A DNA stretch of 64,000 nt from Acidobacteriota bacterium (GTDB lineage Bacteria; Acidobacteriota; Thermoanaerobaculia; Multivoradales; Multivoraceae): contig JAPPFP010000023.1 of assembly GCA_028877275.1 (NCBI GenBank), forward strand, positions 7,622 to 71,621. Direction: 5' to 3'. The position numbers were made by a program, and so were the translations under genes. The number at the start of each line of letters is the position of its first letter. Position 1 is the stretch's first letter. The notes beneath the pieces were generated by a model, which saw only the letters and a program-made list of their open reading frames with translations, did no database searches and was not told where the DNA came from. Positions 58,638 to 64,000 of the stretch are shown in pieces.

Positions 58638-59494
58638 AGCTCCTGTCCCTGCTGCGCGACGGCCGGTCCGCGATCGGCGTGCTCGCGGACGAGGAGACGG
58701 TCGTCGATCTGAGTGTCGCCGCGCCCGATCTGCCGCGCGGCATGTGCCGCTTCCTGGCTGCCGGCGACGAAGCGATGGACGCGGCCCGTCGGGCCGTCGA
58801 CTCCGGCGCCGGCCGTGTGCCGCTCGCCGAACAGACGTTGCTGGCCCCGGTCCCCAAGCCGCGGAAGTTCTTCGCCATCGGGCTCAACTATGCCGACCAC
58901 GCTGCCGAGACCGGCCAGCAGCTCCCCGAGTTCCCGACCGTGTTCAACAAGCAGGTGACCTGCGTCAACCGGCCGGGCGGCGCGATCCACATCCCGCGCG
59001 CGTCCTCGGCGGTCGACTACGAGGGCGAGTTCGCCTTCGTCATCGGCCGGCGTTGCCGGGGCGTCGCCGCGAGAGACGCCGCCGGAGCGATCGCGGGCTA
59101 CACGATCGTCAACGATGTATCCGTTCGGGACTGGCAGCGGCGGTCGCCGACGATGATCCTCGGCAAGGGCTGGGACACCCACGGTCCCATGGGACCGTAC
59201 CTGGTGACCGCCGACGAAGTCGAGGATCCGAACGACCTCGGCATCCGCACCTGGGTCAACGGCGAACTGCGCCAGGATTCGAACACCCGGGAGCTCGTTT
59301 TCAACTGTCCGAAGCTGGTCGAGACCATCTCGACCATGTGTACCCTCGAACCCGGCGACGTCGTGAGCACCGGTACGCCGGCGGGCGTGGGCCTCGCCTT
59401 CAAGCCGCCGAAGTTCCTGGTCGCCGGCGACACGGTGCGGATCGAGATCGACGGGTTGGGGGTGCTCGAGAACCCGGTGATCGCCGAGCCCTAG
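58634..59494 (+). CDS. Fumarylacetoacetate hydrolase family protein
   Basis: GLNYADH, DYEGE, NDVSVRDWQ, GDVVSTGTPAGVG. Confidence 0.92.
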   Translation: MKLLSLLRDGRSAIGVLADEETVVDLSVAAPDLPRGMCRFLAAGDEAMDAARRAVDSGAGRVPLAEQTLLAPVPKPRKFFAIGLNYADHAAETGQQLPEFPTVFNKQVTCVNRPGGAIHIPRASSAVDYEGEFAFVIGRRCRGVAARDAAGAIAGYTIVNDVSVRDWQRRSPTMILGKGWDTHGPMGPYLVTADEVEDPNDLGIRTWVNGELRQDSNTRELVFNCPKLVETISTMCTLEPGDVVSTGTPAGVGLAFKPPKFLVAGDTVRIEIDGLGVLENPVIAEP

Positions 59495-59513
59495 GCGGCC
59501 GGATCCATGCGGC

Positions 59514-62500
59514 TCAACCGCGGCCGCGCCCGACGGCGATCCGTACCTCGAGGTCGGGCCGCCTGGACCGCAGCTCGACCTTGATGGACTGGACTTCGGA
59601 CGGCGTCAGCGGTTCGCTGGTCGAGTAGCCGAGCATGTACTGGCTCCGAAGCTCTTCGCCGATGTGGTCGTAGGCCCAGAGCACGGCGTCCATGCCGCCG
59701 ACGTAGTACACCCGGCCACCGCTCGCCTTGGAGATTGCTTCCATGTCGAGCTTCCGTGGCCCGCGCCCCCACGGATCCTCGCCGAGGACCATGTTGATCA
59801 CGTAGATCGGCAGCCCCGAGTTGCCGGCGGTCCTGAACGTCCGCCGGTAACTGGCCTGGCTGCCGTAGTCGTCGCCGTCCGTCAGCACGACCAGGGCGCG
59901 GCGGCCCTGGTCCCGGGCGAGATGGACGAGACAGAACTCCATCGCGTCGTAGAGCGCCGTCTGACCGTCCGCGCGCAGGTTCTTCAGGCTGCCGATCAGG
60001 TCCCTGACCCGGCTCGTCGTGTCCGAGATCAGGCGCGGACGCGTGTCGAAGTCGACCAGGAACGCCTGGTCGATCTTGGTCAGGGTGTTCCCCAGGAAGC
60101 GTGCGGCCGCCCGGCGCGTGTCGGCCATCAGCGGGGCCATGCTGGTAGAGCTGTCGACCGCCAGGCCCAGGACCAGCGGCACGTCCTCGGCGATCGCGAA
60201 GCGCTCGATCGGGATCTCACGGCGGCCCGCGCTCAGCACGAAGTCCTCCCGCGTCAGGGTCTTGATAGGTTTCCCCTGCTCGTCGTTGACCACCACGTAG
60301 ACCTCGACGAGGTTGACGGTCGTCTCGGCGATGGGCGTGTCGGATGAGAGGAACTCCACGTCCTCGATCATCGTGCCGTCGTCGAAGTAGACGGCGACGC
60401 GAGCGAAGTCGGCGCCCGGCAGCGCGGGCCCCGGCAGGACGGTTCGGAACGGAGGCCGGGTCATCGTGGCGGAGAGGCGGTCGTTTCGGTAGAACTCCAC
60501 GCGATCGAGGAGCCTGCCCCCCGCCAGCTCCACCTGCGCCTCGATGGCATAGCGGCCGCCTGCCTGGGCTTCGACCGACGCGATGCCGACATCGGTCTTT
60601 GCCTGCCGTTGGTTGATCGTCAGTTCGTCCTCGCTCAGCCACCGGTCCGCCCGGTCGTAGGCCACGATCCGGACCGTGTGGGGCACCGCTTCCGGTCCCA
60701 GGTCGATCCTCGTCTCGAAGGGCTTCCTGCGGTCGTCGAAGACCAGTTCGTCGTCGAGGTAGAACTCGACCCGGCGGACGACCGTGCTCGTCGTGATCGT
60801 GCCGAAGGACCGCTTTCCGCTGAGGCCGGACCTCAGGCCGCGCGGCGGCAGGAGGCGCACGAGGCTTGCTACCGGTGCGTCGTCGGCCAGGGTATCGCGA
60901 CGGCTGCCCGGCACGGCGTCGCCGGCCCAGCCAGCGCGTCGGGCGGCCGCCTCCGCCTGCGCCAGGATCTCGGCTTCGGTCTGCCCGCCTCCGCCCGGCG
61001 CGAGCAACTCGGCATCGCTTCGGTCGTCAAGAGGGCTCGAGCCCGGTTCGAGAAAGGCGACGCGCCATCGGTCGTTCCTCAGGTCCTCGACCATCACGAT
61101 GAGTTCGTCGATGGCCGTCGGCAGGTCGAAGAGGGTTCGGAAACGCCAGACGCCGCCGTCGAGGTCGTCTCCGGTTCCCGAGCGATGGAGCAGGAAGGGG
61201 GGCGCATCCAGGCCGCGGCCGTAGACCGTGACCCGGAGAGCGGCACTCGACGGCGGGGGAGTGGCGGCGATCGTGGCCAGCCCGTCGAGCGTCACCAGCT
61301 CCGCGGCCGCGCCGCCGGTGGTCGACAGGATGCCCTGCGGCAACACGACGCTGCGAATGGTCAGGTCGTTGCTGGCGCCGACGGTGGAGTCGTCGCCGTC
61401 GCGGCTCATGGCTTCGAGAGCCCGGCTCGCGCGCAGGGCGATCAGGTCGGTCGGCGCGGCGACGGTCGCCCATCTGCGTACGGCGAGTTCGGTCGGCGGG
61501 CCGCCGGCCGCGGCAACGCGCACGTTGACCGGATGAGTGGCGCCGTCCGCCGCGCTCCTCGAGCGGTACCGGATGCGCCACGAATCCCGCAGTAGCTCGA
61601 GTGTCGAGCCCAGCTCTTCGCCGTCGGCGAGTACCTGGCCGCCACTGGCGGGAGCGACCTCCTGTGATGACTGAAGCCGCCCCGGCAGGAGGTCGCCGGC
61701 GCCTTCGGCTCCAGGCGCCGCGTGAAGGGGGTAGGCGCGCCAGCCCAGGGCCGCGACGGTCCGGGCCAGACTGCGCTGCTGCCTCTGTTCGCTGACGGAG
61801 GCGCGCTCGAACGCGGGGGTCGGTTCGCCCAGCAGACGTTGCGCGAAGGTGTCGGCGGAGAGGTCCACGCCGTCCCGAACCAGGATCAGGGCCCGCGGCG
61901 GACCTCTGGCGGAGGAACCGCCTTCCAGGGTTTCGAGCAGGTTCTCCCGCTGCGCCCGTAACGTGTCGAGCTCCAGCAGGACGCCGTCGAGCAGGTCCGC
62001 CGTGCGCAGACCGTCGGCGTCCGGATCACCGGAGCGGGCGTCGGCGGCGGCTCGCAGATCACGGCGCAGCTCCAGCAGGGCTCCCGCGTCGCCGGCTTGC
62101 GCTCCGACGGCCGAGACGGCTCCGCGCACCTCGGCGGCGTCCGCGGTGGATCCGAGCACCACCTCGACGATCCGGTCGGAGGCGACGACCTCGACCTCGC
62201 CCAGCGCCACCAGGGCGTCCGCGGCTTCGCCGATCGCTTCCGCCGCGGCTTCGACGCCCTCGGGAGTCGAGCCCGGCAGATCGAAGTAGACGACGATTCG
62301 CCACCGCTCCTCGACCCGTTCGACCGCCGAGACCTCCCGGAGATCGCCGTTCTCCAGCACTTCGACCATCGTTGGGTCGAGCTGCCGAGAGGACCCGCCC
62401 GGAATCTGAAAGACGATCTCCGACTCGCGGCTCAGTGTCTGCGCCGCGCCGGACGAGGTACCGGCAAGCGTCGCAGTCAGGGCCGCCAACAGCCAGCGCC

Positions 62501-62519
62501 GCGAGCCTGTGGGGATCAT
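59514..62519 (-). CDS. Secreted VWA domain protein (degenerate N-terminal VWA, Ig-like domains, C-terminal VWA with MIDAS)
   Basis: C-terminal VDSSTSM, GQTALYD, LTDGDD, ELRSQYMLGY; RVEFY repeats in the middle; N-terminal YFDLPGS and RDGVD. Confidence 0.8.
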   Translation of the reverse strand: MIPTGSRRWLLAALTATLAGTSSGAAQTLSRESEIVFQIPGGSSRQLDPTMVEVLENGDLREVSAVERVEERWRIVVYFDLPGSTPEGVEAAAEAIGEAADALVALGEVEVVASDRIVEVVLGSTADAAEVRGAVSAVGAQAGDAGALLELRRDLRAAADARSGDPDADGLRTADLLDGVLLELDTLRAQRENLLETLEGGSSARGPPRALILVRDGVDLSADTFAQRLLGEPTPAFERASVSEQRQQRSLARTVAALGWRAYPLHAAPGAEGAGDLLPGRLQSSQEVAPASGGQVLADGEELGSTLELLRDSWRIRYRSRSAADGATHPVNVRVAAAGGPPTELAVRRWATVAAPTDLIALRASRALEAMSRDGDDSTVGASNDLTIRSVVLPQGILSTTGGAAAELVTLDGLATIAATPPPSSAALRVTVYGRGLDAPPFLLHRSGTGDDLDGGVWRFRTLFDLPTAIDELIVMVEDLRNDRWRVAFLEPGSSPLDDRSDAELLAPGGGGQTEAEILAQAEAAARRAGWAGDAVPGSRRDTLADDAPVASLVRLLPPRGLRSGLSGKRSFGTITTSTVVRRVEFYLDDELVFDDRRKPFETRIDLGPEAVPHTVRIVAYDRADRWLSEDELTINQRQAKTDVGIASVEAQAGGRYAIEAQVELAGGRLLDRVEFYRNDRLSATMTRPPFRTVLPGPALPGADFARVAVYFDDGTMIEDVEFLSSDTPIAETTVNLVEVYVVVNDEQGKPIKTLTREDFVLSAGRREIPIERFAIAEDVPLVLGLAVDSSTSMAPLMADTRRAAARFLGNTLTKIDQAFLVDFDTRPRLISDTTSRVRDLIGSLKNLRADGQTALYDAMEFCLVHLARDQGRRALVVLTDGDDYGSQASYRRTFRTAGNSGLPIYVINMVLGEDPWGRGPRKLDMEAISKASGGRVYYVGGMDAVLWAYDHIGEELRSQYMLGYSTSEPLTPSEVQSIKVELRSRRPDLEVRIAVGRGRG

Positions 62520-62525
62520 CTCCTC

Positions 62526-64000
62526 CTACCTTACCTCCCGCCCCTCGATCGTTCGCGCCACGACACCTGTCCGGTCGAGTTCCACGCTGACTTCGCGCCA
62601 GTTGGGACCGCCTGGCTCCTCCTTCGGGTAGTAGGTCAGGAGGTAGTGGCTGCGGAGTTCCCGGCTGATCGAGTCGAAGATCGGTTCCAGGTCCTGGTCG
62701 TGGCGCACGTAGTAGACGCGACCGCCCCCGGCCTTCGCCATCCGCTCCAGCTTGCTGACGAAGGTACGGGTGCTGAAGCTCCGGCCGTCGGTGCGCGCCG
62801 CTTCGTCGTTCATCAGGACCAGGTAGACCGGCACCCGGGCGCGCCGCGCCTGCTCGAGACTCTGCCGAAAGGCGGCGTCGGAATCCTCGTCGTCGCCGTC
62901 GTAGAAGACGACGAGCGCCTTGCGGCCGCGCAGGCCCTCGAGCTGGTCGAGGGCCAGCGACAGGGCGCCCCAGACGGCCGTCCGGCCACGCGGCCGGAGC
63001 GCCCCGATGCCGCCGCGCACCGCGTTCAGGTTGTAGGTGGCGGCCCGGACCAGTCGCGGCTCGGTGCCGAAGCCCACCAGGAAGGCGCGGTCGCGTGCCG
63101 GCTCGAGCGCATCGAGGAACTCGACGGCCGCCCGCTTCACGTCGGGCATGCGCAGGAAGAGGCTGCTCGAGGTGTCGATCGCCAGCCCCAGCGTGAGCGG
63201 CAGGTCGAAGGCGATCCGGAAGGACTCGAGTTCCTGGGCGCGGTCGTCCTCGAAGACGGAGAAGTCACCAGCCGTCAGGTCCCTGACGGGCTGCCCCGAG
63301 CGGTCGGTGGCGACGACGTAGAGCTGGACGAGTTCGACCCCGATGCGCGCGGATAGCCCTGGACGGCTCAGGAACAGGACGTCCTCGGCGATCCGTCCGT
63401 CCGTCAACTGGGCCTCGACCCTCAGGTAGGACTCGGGATCGCCCACCGGTACCAGCACCTCCCGGCGAAACGGCGCCTCGGCTGCCGTCCCCGCGAGCCT
63501 GTCCTTGACGAAGAAGCGCATCTCCAGCAGGCGGCCACCGCGCGGCAGCTTGACCTCGGCGGCGACATCCACCGGTCCGGCCAAAGGCCCTTCCTCGGGC
63601 TCGGTGATGCGGACCCAGAAAGCGTGCGGCGGCTGGTTGACCAGGAGTTCATGACGGTCGAGCTCCCGGTCCCCGGCGTCAAAGGCGACTGCCTCGACCC
63701 GGCCGAGCCGGTCGCCGCGGCCGAGGTCGATTCGCGCCCGGTACGGGGCCCGATTGCGGGCCGCGACCCGCCGGCCGTTGAAGTAGAAGACGACCCGCTC
63801 GACCTGATCGGTGAAGGGGTCGAGAACCTCGGCCACGAAGGTCGCGCGGCCGCGCCGGTCCAGCGGGTTCTCCGGCCGGAGGCTGATCGCCCGGGCGCGT
63901 GCCGTGGCCCCGGAATCCACGGCCTGTTCCACGAGGTCGAGGAAGTCGACGACCGCGTAACCCCAGCGCCCGTCGCGGAGGTTCTCAGCCAGGACGATCG
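62526..64000 (-). CDS. VWA domain protein paralog, 5' end outside the window
   Basis: IDTSSSL, GRTAVWG, YDGDD, ELRSHYLLTYYP. Frame stays open from 63932 to the edge (IVLAENLRDGRWG), matching the paralog's IVMVEDLRNDRW. Confidence 0.8.
   Translation of the reverse strand, partial: IVLAENLRDGRWGYAVVDFLDLVEQAVDSGATARARAISLRPENPLDRRGRATFVAEVLDPFTDQVERVVFYFNGRRVAARNRAPYRARIDLGRGDRLGRVEAVAFDAGDRELDRHELLVNQPPHAFWVRITEPEEGPLAGPVDVAAEVKLPRGGRLLEMRFFVKDRLAGTAAEAPFRREVLVPVGDPESYLRVEAQLTDGRIAEDVLFLSRPGLSARIGVELVQLYVVATDRSGQPVRDLTAGDFSVFEDDRAQELESFRIAFDLPLTLGLAIDTSSSLFLRMPDVKRAAVEFLDALEPARDRAFLVGFGTEPRLVRAATYNLNAVRGGIGALRPRGRTAVWGALSLALDQLEGLRGRKALVVFYDGDDEDSDAAFRQSLEQARRARVPVYLVLMNDEAARTDGRSFSTRTFVSKLERMAKAGGGRVYYVRHDQDLEPIFDSISRELRSHYLLTYYPKEEPGGPNWREVSVELDRTGVVARTIEGREVR

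Overview
High-GC (roughly 70% by eye), gene-dense bacterial chromosomal DNA. I found no rRNA, tRNA, CRISPR array, transposase, integrase or phage genes. Gene content (tandem VWA proteins, acidobacterial-type PQQ dehydrogenase, orphan GspG-like pseudopilin) suggests Acidobacteriota; this is inference. Main blocks: (1) 1-13717: a minus-strand respiratory operon actA-actB-actE of alternative complex III that lacks the NrfD-type membrane subunits ActC/ActF and ActD. It continues instead into a divergent cytochrome bd subunit I-like protein with no cydB, three c-type cytochromes (one fused to an EbdC/DOMON-like domain), a USP-USP-(PCP_red)x3-Zn ribbon protein and a TolB-like lipoprotein. A SCO copper chaperone is divergently transcribed. 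(2) 13773-19259: beta-helix/diheme cytochrome pair, cytochrome c'-like protein, alpha/beta hydrolase, NIPSNAP lipoprotein, pseudopilin. (3) 19411-32394: one tightly coupled 11-gene run joining a circularly permuted ATP-grasp/alpha-E/transglutaminase module to a STAS/REC-PP2C/anti-sigma kinase partner switch, a binding protein plus histidine kinase, and a MacAB-like exporter. (4) 32408-37785: TetR-Rieske-LLM catabolic unit with a clear promoter/operator, plus an MFS transporter. (5) 37880-64000: Eis-like GNAT, Gld-like ABC module, LLM, YbdK ligase, DAACS symporter, peptidases, GDPD, Mo oxidoreductase, serC, diheme cytochrome c, carboxylesterase, PQQ dehydrogenase, FAH protein and two VWA proteins. 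The best candidates for an undescribed system are blocks 1 and 3. All family calls come from motif recognition, not database searches.
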